Source: Macrostomum lignano
Lineage: Eukaryota
Direction: 5' to 3'
NCBI GenBank assembly: GCA_002269645.1
Contig: NIVC01001487.1
Coordinates: forward strand, 1-64,000
Length of the DNA stretch: 64,000 bases
The position numbers and the translations under genes are program-made. This document shows, one piece after another, positions 48,201 through 58,680 of the stretch. The first letter of the stretch is position 1, and each line of letters starts with the position of its first letter. The notes under the pieces were generated by a model. The model was not told the DNA's origin. It worked only from the letters and a program-made list of their open reading frames with translations, and ran no database searches.

Positions 48201-50646
48201 TCTCTTCTCTCTCCTTCGTTCTCGCCTTACTCCCCTTTTCTCTCCCATCTGTCATGTCTAATCTCTCCACTCATTTCTACTCTGTTTTCTATCATCTAAT
48301 CTCTCTTCTCTTTTCATTCTTCTCTTTACTCTCTTCTCTGACTGATTGAAGATGCCAAATCCATCAAGATGCTCTCCGCGAAGCAGAAATCCTGTCCGTG
48401 CAACTGAAAACCGTCGAAATCCGCTCCGTGAAACTGGACTCCTTCGAAATCATCTCCTTGAAACTTAACTCTTTCTTTCTCCTCTACTCTCCCCTCTCTT
48501 CTATTTCCTCTGTACGCTCTTATCCCTCATCTATTCTCTCTCCTATCATCTCTCTTGTCTCTCTCTGCTATCTCATATCTCCCATCTCATCTCCTCTCTC
48601 CTCTTCTCTTCTCTCTCCTTCGTTCTCGCCTTACTCCCCTTTTCTCTCCCATCTGTCATGTCTAATCTCTCCACTCATTTCTACTCTGTTTTCTATCATC
48701 TAATCTCTCTTCTCTTTTCATTCTTCTCTTTACTCTCTTCTCTGACTGATTGAAGATGCCAAATCCATCAAGATGCTCTCCGCGAAGCAGAAATCCTGTC
48801 CGTGCAACTGAAAACCGTCGAAATCCGCTCCGTGAAACTGGACTCCTTCGAAATCATCTCCTTGAAACTTAAATTTATGAAACTGGACTCCTTCGAAATC
48901 ATCTCCTTGAAACTTAAATCCATCAAAATTGTCTCCATAAAACAGAACTCAATCATAAATTATCTCCGCGAAACAGAAATCCTCTCCGTGAAGCTGAACA
49001 TCATCGAAATCCTCTCCGTGAAACTGAACACCATCGAAATCCTCTCCACGAAACAGAAATCCTCTCCGTCAAAATTAAAACATTGAAATCGTCTCCGCTA
49101 AACTGGACTCAATCGAATCTTTTCCGCCAAACAACTCAACTCTCCGGATTCATTGGTTAGGGTTAGGGTTAGGGTTAGCTAGCTAGCTTCGTGTTAAAAG
49201 GCACTGATGAAAATATTGAACTAATTGAATCAATTCATTGCGCAACCGATTTCACAGTCAGTCAGTCAGTATCAGTCTCAGTTAAAGTTAGCAAAAACAT
49301 TGCGCAATCTAAATCAACCCTCCAATACACAGCAGCAGTGAGAAGTTGAACCCTCCCCCAACTTTATCTATTACGTCTCGCAAAACTGAGTACAATCTTT
49401 GCAGAAAGTTAAAAGTATGGAAATAGTTTTTCAAATGCTGTGCTTTTTCTTTTCATATTTAAAGCAAACAATTTATATCCCCGAACTCAGCGTTGCAAGA
49501 TCTTTCCAGCAATATAAGTCTCTCCTCTCAAAGTTTAAAACTCGAGGAACAGTTAGCGTTTGAAATTTACCGATTTCCCGACTGCTTGCTAGAGAAGCTC
49601 GCAATTCATTGAATTTCACTGCCAAACTAATACACAGGGCTGCCTATGGAGAAAAGAGGCGCCAATAATAAAACCAATTGAATCTCGACACAGTCCTGAC
49701 TCCTATCTATCTGTTTACACTGTACAACTGCTATGTACACTCAGCCCAAGCCCAACCCCCCGTTCTGGGGGAAGCATTAAATTTAACTGAACCCCCCAAC
49801 ACGCGGGGGGTTTTATTTCCACTCGCACCAACCACCCCTCAATACACAGCGGCCCGCGGGCGGAGGTTGGGGTGGCTATTTTTACAAACTGGCTGAAGCC
49901 CCAGGCAGAGTGACCAAAGAAGGTTATTGGGGGTTAAAAAAGCAGTTTTCTGCTTTTTTAGGGATGTTAAAATGTGAAAATTAAAAATTAAAATAGCCTA
50001 AAGCCTGCTCCGGAAAATTTGCAGTTTTCCCATATAAGTTTCGACGTTGACTTGGCAGAATTGTAGGAGTTCACTTGCTACATACAGACAGACAGACATA
50101 CAGACAGACAAACATCGCGTCGGTTTTAGTATTAGGAGAGAAGGAGAGAGGACAAACATCGCGTCGGTTTTAGTATTAGGAGGATGGAACATCATAATGA
50201 TTTTAGTTATTTTTCTCAATGTAGGTCTCAACACTCTTCACGATCTCACTGCTTCTGGTCCTCGGAAGCTGAGGATTCTGATGAAGGCCTGGAACGACTC
50301 TGAGCACTGGGCTGAGTACTCCAGCTTCTCCGTAGGTCCCGAGTCTGACAACTACCGGCTGAGCGTGTCCGGCTTCTCCGGCAGCGCCGGCATCGGCGAC
50401 TCGCTGGCCAGAAGCAACGACTTCCAGTTCACCACCAAGGACGCCGACCACGACGTTCACTCCGACAACTGCGGCTCGCGCTACTTCGGAGCCTGGTGGT
50501 TCGCTGACTGCCACAACACGCACCCGAACGGACAGTACCGCGATTTCTCGTCAGCCATTGGTGGCCCGCGCGCTCAAGGTGTGATCTGGAAGTCGCCGTT
50601 CGGTCCGTACTACTCGCTGAAAGAGATCGAAATGCTCATCCTTTGA
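42293..50646 (+). CDS. Secreted degenerate-PAN + fibrinogen C-terminal domain protein (FReD copy A), 3 exons, ~286 aa
   Basis: Exons 42293-42607, 42691-42814, 50225-50646 join in frame; signal peptide [12 protein letters not shown]; [23 protein letters not shown]...YWIG|LNTLHDLT...FTTKDADHD...GAWWFADC motifs. The 7.4-kb intron 2 link is inferred from phase and comparison with copy B. Confidence 0.8.
42890..43935. repeat. Degenerate ~450-bp tandem repeat containing (TAACCC)n tracts
   Basis: Shared blocks such as GACATCGTAG..ATTCCCAAATGAATCT.TTAACTTCGACATGA at ~43275 and ~43715; recurrent AAGCCTTGACAT motif; telomere-like tract at 43085-43197. Confidence 0.75.
44095..44392. repeat. 23-bp minisatellite (ACATGACGCTTCTATGATTGTTT)
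   Basis: Period 23 measured; about 12 copies. Confidence 0.95.
44760..44966 (+). mobile_element. Possible Helentron/DINE-1-like non-autonomous element 3' part
   Basis: CATGAAAATCGGTCCAGCC followed by (CAAA)n and TTTTTAGTATAT end, a layout typical of HINE/DINE-1/Lep1-type elements. Confidence 0.45.
44975..50190 (+). repeat. Head-to-tail duplication of a ~2.4-2.8 kb composite unit
   Basis: Unit 1 ~44975-47335 and unit 2 ~47340-50150 share the order: AACTCCTCCTTCGGAG head, CT-rich tract, 30-bp repeats, (TTAGGG)n, GC-rich block, (GACA)n + CATCGCGTCGGTTTTAGTAT end; unit 2 has an extra ~404-bp internal duplication. Confidence 0.9.
46711..46738 (+). repeat. Interstitial telomeric (TTAGGG)4; a second, 3-copy tract at 49157-49178
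   Basis: Perfect hexamers. Confidence 0.9.
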
Positions 50647-50880
50647 GGCAACAAAGTTTGCAAAAGTTATTTCTGTCGATGTTAATCTTTATCCAAGAGA
50701 GACTTTATGGACTTATAAATATTCGTGTCAAGTTTTTTCCACTTACAGTTTACTTATTGGATTATATTTTGTAGACGTCATCGTCAAACTCAGAGCAGAG
50801 CACGTAATCAGGTTTTACACAGGGCTTATAAACAGTTGCATGTATATAAATAAAGCTTAAGATCAACATTTATGGCGAAA

Positions 50881-50918
50881 ACCAACGCGTTTCAACCCAC
50901 TAGGGCCGTCGTCAGGGT
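50881..50918 (-). ncRNA. Minimal type I hammerhead ribozyme in the Penelope 3' repeat
   Basis: Minus strand ACC-CUGACGA-C-GGCCC-UAGU-GGGUU-GAAA-CGCGU-U-GGU: core CUGANGA/GAAA, 5-bp stem II, palindromic ACGCGU stem III, GUU cleavage triplet, 3-bp stem I. Confidence 0.85.
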
Positions 50919-51051
50919 ATATTTTATCACTGAACGAAACACTCAATATAAATAAGCAAACGATTGTACTATCTCAAGTGTCAAATTGAAAACGGGAGGG
51001 TAACCAATGTACGAAAAACATAAAAAACTAGGGGTTGGAGTTAAGCGAGAA

Positions 51052-51086
<35 letters not shown>

Positions 51087-51137
51087 CAAACAGATGTAAA
51101 AAAAACAAAATGTACGCGCAACAAAAAATAGTCAAAC

Positions 51138-53030
51138 TCAAAACACCCTAAGAAGGTGGCCCGCACCACTATGTAGCAATTGCACATTGAGACTGGGATT
51201 TTGAGCTTTGATGTGCAGCGCTTCAAGAATGCTAAGCTTGAATTCAGAGTTAGCACGGTCGATAATTTTAAACAATTCAATCTGTTCTCTGTCACAGCAG
51301 CCCTTGCATTCCAGAAGGTGGTCCTGGATAGCAGATTTTTTCAGCCAATGCTCCCTAACTCTGGTGTGCAGGTGTCTTTTGGTTTTTCCCACGTAAGAGA
51401 TATTCTGATCTTCAGAACAACAAAATTTATAGACGACACCTGCAACCAGAGCACGAGGAACACGGGACTTGAGATTGCTGACAAATTGACCCACCTTGGC
51501 AGTGCGAAAGACAATCCTAATCGGAGTGTTGTACCATTTCCGAAAAGATCTCTCAAGCTTCTTTTTCAACAAGATAGACGGGATACCATAGAACGGCAAG
51601 ATCATCACGGGGTCATCCGGCTTTTTACTATGATTCTGTTGCAGTCTGCCAGTAACCTTATCAGTGACAAACTTGAAAATCAACCGACTAATGAGATTTT
51701 TTGGGTATCCGTTCATACTGAAAATCCTAGTCAAATTTGTCACCTCCTCATCAAACGCAGCCCAGAAACTACACAGAGAGTAAGCTCTGTGCAGCATACA
51801 ATGGATCAGGCCAATATTCCACTGTTTCGGACAGAGGGCATTGAAATTCAACAGTAAACCAGTAAACGTGGGCTTGCGATAAACCCGAGTAGAGACTTGG
51901 CCACTGCTCAGATCAACCTCAACATCGAGAAACGGAAGTTTTTTACCTCCCATCTCAACGGTGAATTGGATGTCGCTGTGGGTTGAATTCAGAGCCCGAA
52001 AAAACTCTTGGTACTTAGCCCGGTCATCAAAAATGACAAAAGTGTCATCAACATAGCGCTTGTAGAAAGTTGGCGCACACTCAAGCGACATCCACTCCGT
52101 TTCCCAGTGCGCCATGCAAACATTGGCCAGAGTAGGAGCAAGCGGGCTTCCCATGGCACAACCATCAATCTGGCGATAATATTTGTCATCAAACATGAAG
52201 ATGCCAGAGGTAGCGAAGCCTAACAACTTTTTGAACACAGTCTTTGGTAACCCAGGCGGATTCATATTGTACACATGATCAGTGGCGAGATCAATAGCCA
52301 GCTTCAAAGGGACATTGGTAAAAAGCGAAGTCACGTCAAAACTGCAGAGAAAATCCTCACTTTTCGGACTGATTTGACTCAAGGCTTGAATGAACTGGCA
52401 ATTAGAGTTGACGGAGAATTCCTTTGGTATGCATGGTTTGATCAGAGAATCCAAGTATCTGGCCAGTTCATACTCAGCAGTGTTAATCATAGACACAATC
52501 GGTCTCAGCGGTTTGTCAGGTTTGTGAACTTTGCAAAGGCCGTACAGCTGGCCAGGTTGGCTGCCATTCGGCATAATGCGCTTAATAATCTCATTGCTAA
52601 GATGCTGCTTGGCATGGGTCCTCAAAAAAGTCTGAAGAGATCTCTCAGCCTTGAGAACAGGATGAGCCATAGTGACCTCACTCACAGTTCCAAGACATTG
52701 AAATTTAGCCTGATCCTGCACAATGCAATTAAGCTTATTCTTGTAGTCATCACTATCCATGATAACAACGCCGTAGCCTTTGTCATAGCCAACAACCTTG
52801 ATATTGTCATTCCCTTTAAGCTGCTTCAGCGTCTGATGAAAAAGCCTGTTCTGCTTACTAGAAATGCTGTTCTGAGCCCTAGACACAAACTGGTCAAAAA
52901 CAACAATCAAACGATTCCTAAAATTGTCATGCAAGCGGTGCGGGCCCCCATCCTGAGTACAAGAACGAGGAGTGCACTTACTAACCAAGGTCTCAAACTC
53001 AGCAGCAATGTGAAGTTTGTTCAGTTTAGC
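51138..53030 (-). CDS. Penelope-like reverse transcriptase + GIY-YIG endonuclease, uninterrupted ~630 aa, N-terminus missing
   Basis: YGLCKVHKPDKPLRPIVS, SFDVTSLFT, QIDGCAMGSPLAP, RYVDD, LPFLDV, then GVVYKFCC...YVGKTKRHLHTRVREH and LEALHI. Confidence 0.93.
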   Translation of the reverse strand, partial: AKLNKLHIAAEFETLVSKCTPRSCTQDGGPHRLHDNFRNRLIVVFDQFVSRAQNSISSKQNRLFHQTLKQLKGNDNIKVVGYDKGYGVVIMDSDDYKNKLNCIVQDQAKFQCLGTVSEVTMAHPVLKAERSLQTFLRTHAKQHLSNEIIKRIMPNGSQPGQLYGLCKVHKPDKPLRPIVSMINTAEYELARYLDSLIKPCIPKEFSVNSNCQFIQALSQISPKSEDFLCSFDVTSLFTNVPLKLAIDLATDHVYNMNPPGLPKTVFKKLLGFATSGIFMFDDKYYRQIDGCAMGSPLAPTLANVCMAHWETEWMSLECAPTFYKRYVDDTFVIFDDRAKYQEFFRALNSTHSDIQFTVEMGGKKLPFLDVEVDLSSGQVSTRVYRKPTFTGLLLNFNALCPKQWNIGLIHCMLHRAYSLCSFWAAFDEEVTNLTRIFSMNGYPKNLISRLIFKFVTDKVTGRLQQNHSKKPDDPVMILPFYGIPSILLKKKLERSFRKWYNTPIRIVFRTAKVGQFVSNLKSRVPRALVAGVVYKFCCSEDQNISYVGKTKRHLHTRVREHWLKKSAIQDHLLECKGCCDREQIELFKIIDRANSEFKLSILEALHIKAQNPSLNVQLLHSGAGHLLRVF

Positions 53031-53859
53031 TGTGCAGCTGGTGACGTTCAACGCCAGCTCCGGCCTGTGCGCTCACTTCAGGTGTCGCCTGGGCCTGAGC
53101 CACTGCAGGAAGTGCCGCAATGCGAACAAAGGAGATCATCAAGTGTGGGTGAGTCCTGTGTTCAGCAGCTTTTGCATCCCCATAGTCTGAATAGGTACTT
53201 TTGCAAAAACTTTTTACATTGCAGACAGCCGGCAGTGACTGCTGGACCACCGTGCAGCACAGGGTGTCCGGCTCAGTGGACTTTTACCGCAACTGGACTC
53301 AGTACCAGAGCGAGTTCGGCGAGGGACCCGACGGAAACTACTGGATCGGTGAGTGCATCCCAGATCTGCTCCATTCGCTTTCTTTTCCAACTCGGACTTC
53401 AATGACAAACACCGCCATGACGTCCGCATATTCCCAGGCCTGAACTCTCTCCACGCTCTCACTGCTTCTGGTCCTCGGAAGCTGAGGATCCTGATGAAGG
53501 CGTGGAACGACTCTGAGCACTGGGCTGAGTACTCCAGCTTCTCCGTGGGTCCCGAGTCGGACAACTACCGGCTGAGCGTGTCCGGCTTCTCCGGCAGCGC
53601 CGGCATCGGCGACTGCCTCGACAAGAACAACGGCATGCAGTTCAGCACGAAGGACGCCGATCACGACACCTACACTGACAACTGCGCAACAGCTTATAAA
53701 GGTGCCTGGTGGTTCACCAGCTGTCACTGCGCCCACCTGAACGGAGAGTACAAAGACGCATCTGCTGCCATCGGAGGTGCTCATGCACAGGGAGTTATTT
53801 GGAAATCCAACTTCGGCTACGACTACTCGCTGATGGAGATCGAGATGCTGCTTCTGTAA
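53030..53859 (+). pseudogene. FReD copy B, 5'-truncated paralog (no signal peptide or start); remaining exons open
   Basis: Exon pieces 53030-53148, 53225-53348, 53438-53859 with intact GT-AG introns; exon 1 remnant, exon 2 and first half of exon 3 near-identical to copy A. Confidence 0.85.
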
Positions 53860-54444
53860 CAGCACCAGCATGATGGCACAGAAGATTTCTTCTGCTGCAA
53901 CTTGCAAAATCGAGCGCTCAAGCAGTTTTAAAGCAACTTTGACATTTTCGAAAAATTTTCCAAACAGATTTTTTTCCAAACATTTTGTTGCACCGCGAAG
54001 AAATTCGTCAGATAAAGCGCTCGATACTACTGATAATAAAAATACACGTGACAAAATCCCTTCTGCATTCAAAGGCGATGGGCTCCGACTTTTATTGCCT
54101 TCCTGCACAGAGCTTCTGCACAGATTGGCCTTCAAAAGTTCGGGAAAACAGGGAGCAACTCCAACACTTTCAATCGGTTCCTTCTCTCGGATGCGCTCGC
54201 AGTCATCATGAGCAGTTGGCACCTGAATTCATTTGATTTAACCAACTAATGTAAATCTGAAATCAAGGCCACTGTGTCATTTGCGACGCATTTCAAACAT
54301 TTACACACTTTCCTGCGTGCGTCACTGACCCAATGAACTGGTTCGGAACTGCAGCAGCTCTCTGAGAAAGCATTGTTTTCAAATCCTTGCAAATATGCTT
54401 TCAGACGAGTTTTAAAGTCAGACTGCCTATCTACTTAGTAAGAA

Positions 54445-56222
54445 TATCTACTAGTTTGTCTCCCTATCTACCAACTTGTCTCCCTATCTACCAACTTGTC
54501 TCTCTATCTACCAATTTGTCTCCCTATCTACCAACTCGTCTCCCTATCTACCAACTTGTCTCCCTATCTACCGATCCGGCTCCCTATCTACCAACTCGTC
54601 TCCATATCTACCAACTTGTCTCTCTATCTACCAATTTGTCCCCCTATCTACCAACTTGTCTCTCTATCAACCAATTTGTCTCCCTATCTACCAACTCGTC
54701 TCCCTATCTACCAACTTGTCTCCCTATCTACCGATCCGGCTCCCTATCTACCAACTCGTCTCCATATCTACCAACTTGTCTCTCTATCTACCAATTTGTC
54801 TCCCTATCTACCAACTTGTCTCCCAATCTACCAACTTGTCTCCCTATCTACCAACTTGTCTCCCTATCTACCAACTTGTCTCCCAGTCTACCAACTTGTC
54901 TCCCTATCTACCAACTTGTCTCCCTATCAACCAACTTGTCTCCCTATCTACCAACTTGTCTCCCAATCTACCAACTTGTCTCCCTATCTACCAATTTGTC
55001 TCCCTATCAACGAATCTGCGTCCCTATCAACCAATTTGTCTCCCTATCTACCAACTTGTCTCCCTATCAACCAATTTGTCTCCCTATCTACCAAATTGTC
55101 TCCCTATCTACCAATTTGTCTCCCTATCAACGAATCTGCGTCCCTATCAACTAATTTGTCTCCCTATCTACCAACTTGTCTCCCTATCTACCAACTTGTC
55201 TCCCAATCTACCAACTTGTCTCCCTATCAACCAACTTGTCTCCCTATCTACCAACTTGTCTCCCTATCTACCAATTTGTCTCCCTATCAACGAATCTGCG
55301 TCCCTATCAACTAAGTTGTCTCCCTATCTACCAATTTGTCTCCCTATCTACCAATTTGTCTCCCTATCTACCAATTTGTCTCCCTATCTACCAACTTGTC
55401 TCCCTATCTACCAACTTGTCTCCCTATCTACCAACTTGTCTCCCAATCAACCAATTTGTCTCCCTATCTACCAACTCGTCTCCCTATCTACCAACTTGTC
55501 TCCCTATCTACCGATCCGGCTCCCTATCTACCAACTTGTCTCCTTCTCTAACGATCTGGCTCCCTATCTACCAACTCGTCTCCATATCTACTAACTTGTC
55601 TCTCTATCTACCAATTTGTCCCCCTATCTACCAACTTGTCTCCCTATCTACCGATCCGGCTCCCTATCTACCAACTCGTCTCCATATCTACCAACTTGTC
55701 TCTCTATCTACCAATTTGTCCCCCTATCTACCAACTTGTCTCTCTATCAACCAATTTGTCTCCCTATCTACCAACTCGTCTCCCTATCTACCAACTTGTC
55801 TCCCTATCTACCGATCCGGCTCCCTATCTACCAACTCGTCTCCATATCTACCAACTTGTCTCTCTATCTACCAATTTGTCTCCCTATAAACCAACTTGTC
55901 TCCCTATCTACCAACTTGTCTCCCTATCTACCGATCCGGCTCCCTATCTACCAACTCGTCTCCATATCTACCAACTTGTCTCTCTATCTACCAATTTGTC
56001 TCCCTATCTACCAACTTGTCTCCCTATCTACCAACTTGTCTCCCTATCTACCGATCCGGCTCCCTATCTACCAACTTGTCTCCTTCTCTACCGATCTGCT
56101 TCCCTATCTACCAACTCGTCTCCCTATCTACCAACGTGTCTCCCTATCTACTAACGTGTCTCCTTCTCTACCGATCTGGCTCCCTATCTACCAACTTGTC
56201 TCCCTATCTACGAGACTGTCCC
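54445..56222. repeat. 20-bp minisatellite (TCTCCCTATCTACCAACTTG)
   Basis: Roughly 88 copies with recurrent variants (CGATCCGG, AATTTG, CGAATCTGCG). Confidence 0.97.
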
Positions 56223-56654
56223 CCTATCTTCAATTTTATCTTCAATTTTAGTAAGCAGACTGGTAGGCGGGCTCTCCAATTAGGAGTCTGAGGTATTCTG
56301 GGATGCATGATGGAGCGGACAGCAGGTGGCTGCTCTCTGCCCCATCAAGCATCGCCTGCTCTTCTCTGCGATCTCCGCTTCGCATTTCATGCTTTGCTAG
56401 ACTGGAGTCATGAGCTAGACTAATTTTCAGAAGTTTCCGGACTGTGTTCCTTGTTTATTGTTTAAGTAATTTTAATTTTTACCTACATTCTCTTTTACAT
56501 TTGTTTTATTGAAGTGTAAAATTTCACAGTAAAACCATTTGCCTGACAAAAGTTGTGAGCGTTTTTAAAACTGTACCCAAGAAATTTCCAACAATTTTAA
56601 ACTTTGCTGAGTGGTCTATGGCTCTTCCCTACGGCCTTTTTCTAATGGTTTTGT

Positions 56655-56900
56655 CTCTGGATTTTGTCCATGGCTTTTGTCTATGGCTTTTGTCTATGGC
56701 TTTTGTCTATGGCTTTTGTCTATGGCTTTTGTCTATGGCTTTTGTCTATGGCTTTTGTCTATGGATTTTGTCTATGGCTTTTGTCTATGGATTTTGTCTA
56801 TGGCTTTTGTCTATGGCTTTTGTCTATGGATTTTGTCTATGGCTTTTGTCTATGGTTTTTTCTATGGGTTTTGTCTATGTTTTTTGTCTATGGCTTTTGT
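56655..56900. repeat. 13-bp minisatellite (GGCTTTTGTCTAT)
   Basis: Period 13 measured; about 17 copies. Confidence 0.95.
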
Positions 56901-57857
56901 CAATTGAATGAATGCAGGCATGCAACGATTTTTTACGAAGCAGTAATAAATCAATAAATATTGATTAAATAATTTATTCACTTATTACATGTCGCTGACT
57001 TAAATGCCATGTCAAGACATACCATGACACTTTTGACACCAATATGCTATTTTCCTGCATCAAAAGTGCAAACTTTAAAATTGTTCTAGAAATTTCTTAT
57101 GTACAGTTGAAATGCTCATAACTTTCGCGAGTCAAATGGTATTACTGTAAAATTTTATACTTCAATAAAACAAACGTGAAAGAGAATGCGGGTAAAAGTT
57201 TAACTTACTTAAACAATCCTGCTGTACACAACGAACTATTAATTTAGTTTGCACACTAACTGTGCCAAAAACTCCAAACTAACGCTAACTGAAATTAGCT
57301 TATGCACCAAACAGGCAGACTGGCCAAATCAAAGTGTTTGTACGAAACACAACTCAAGCAAACAGGTGCAAATCTGCAGTGCCAAACAAATCAGTGGAGA
57401 TGAGACTCGATTGCCGGGCGGGATTTGAAAATAAAATCTGATCTGCTACAATTCAGGCCTTGAAGAATTTTAAATTTTTGCTTGAATTTATGCAAATAAT
57501 ACTAATCAATTTTCATATTCAATCCATAGGTTTTTTCGAATCGCGACGGAAAAAAAGGCTGAGAATCGACATGAGAACTCCTCATTGAATAGAATAATCA
57601 GAATGCCTCACTAGGATGCCTCCCGTGATGTGGGAGCAGTGATGCAGCGCAGATTCTGCAAGCCGCCTTCAGTAAACAACTGCCGAGTCGCTTTGGAAAC
57701 ACGAATTTTAGCGGAAAATGCAAAATAAATAACTGAGCATCCCAGTTGCCGCGCCCGCCACCCCAATCGATAATTTGGGGAAATTCATAAAGCCGACAGC
57801 CCAAGCAGGTAGCAAGAGACGAAATTGCAGCAAGCCTAATCTTCCCAGCCGCTGACA

Positions 57858-58680
57858 ATGCAGGCCTCATCAATTCTGCCGCTTCTCTGCTGCTGCGTCG
57901 CTTTCGGCTACTCGATGGGCGCCGAATTCGGCCCGATGGGCTGCTTCGTGGACGGCCCAACTCAAGACCTCCCCGGACTCGAAGGCAGGTCAACCATCGG
58001 GCCGTACTCGGTGTCCGGGTCATTTGTCAGCCTCGGCCACATGACTCTGGAACTGTGCAGCGAGATCTGCGCCTATGGAGACTTTGAGTACTTTGGCATT
58101 CAGTTTTCAGTGGAATGCTTCTGCGGAAACTCGTATGGCTCCCTCGGCCAAGCTGCCGACAGCGACTGTAACATGAACTGCGGCGGCAACTCTGCTCAAA
58201 TCTGCGGATCAGAGTGGAGAAACTCCGTGTACCGGCAGGTCTACCTTCGTCCAGGTGAGTGCAATAGTTCTAGCAAAATAGTGAGTTGTTCTAGCATGTG
58301 CAAGCCCCAGGGCTGATTTGAACTGTGTTGCATGTCACACAGGATAAATCACACATACAGTACAAAAATTCACTTTATTCTAACTGCTCAATCGGCACGT
58401 TTCACCAAAATTGCTGTGCAGCCTCTCTGTCCTTCCAGTCAGCCGGTGTTTCACTATTGCCGATCGAGTCCACCTGAACGTGACCTCCTCCAGCGGGCCC
58501 TTCTACCGCACCGAGCAGCCTGTGATGATAATGGTTGAGTGTCTGATTCGCTGCCGTGCTGACTGTCAGGCCGTGCTGTTCCACCTGGATACCTGCTACC
58601 TGTTGAGATTCCAGGTTGTGCCGCACGAGCTGAAGGCCGTGACTGGAGAATTCGCCGTTCGCGTGCGAGGAACAGCCTGA
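57858..58680 (+). CDS. Secreted WSC + PAN-like domain protein, 2 exons, ~212 aa
   Basis: Exons 57858-58254 and 58439-58680 join in frame; signal peptide; WSC pattern GCFVD...MTLELCSEIC...YFGIQFSVECFCGN...CNMNCGGNSAQICG...NSVY; exon 2 has PAN-like CLIRCRADCQAVLFHLDTCYLL. Confidence 0.88.

Larger units (their letters stand above)
50840..53030 (-). mobile_element. 5'-truncated Penelope-like retroelement
   Basis: RT + GIY-YIG ORF followed by a 3' region with (AG)n and a hammerhead motif; 5' junction fuses into FReD copy B exon sequence at ~53030. Confidence 0.92.

Noticed and set aside
43085-49178. True telomere or chromosome fusion site
   Set aside because: Tracts are short, kilobases apart and embedded in repeated units inside a probable intron
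53031-53051. Start codon of the Penelope ORF
   Set aside because: The TTG start lies in antisense FReD copy B sequence beyond the junction; the element is 5'-truncated
51180-54222. Antisense ORFs (51180-51857, 52275-53405, 53338-54222) and those overlapping the TIR, hAT and mariner genes
   Set aside because: Shadow frames of real coding sequences with no recognisable motifs
54387-56291. Long overlapping ORFs in the 20-bp array; likewise 22607-23331, 45177-46640, 47969-49086, 56555-56957 and 59503-60414
   Set aside because: Stop-poor tandem repeats and low-complexity sequence, no domain evidence
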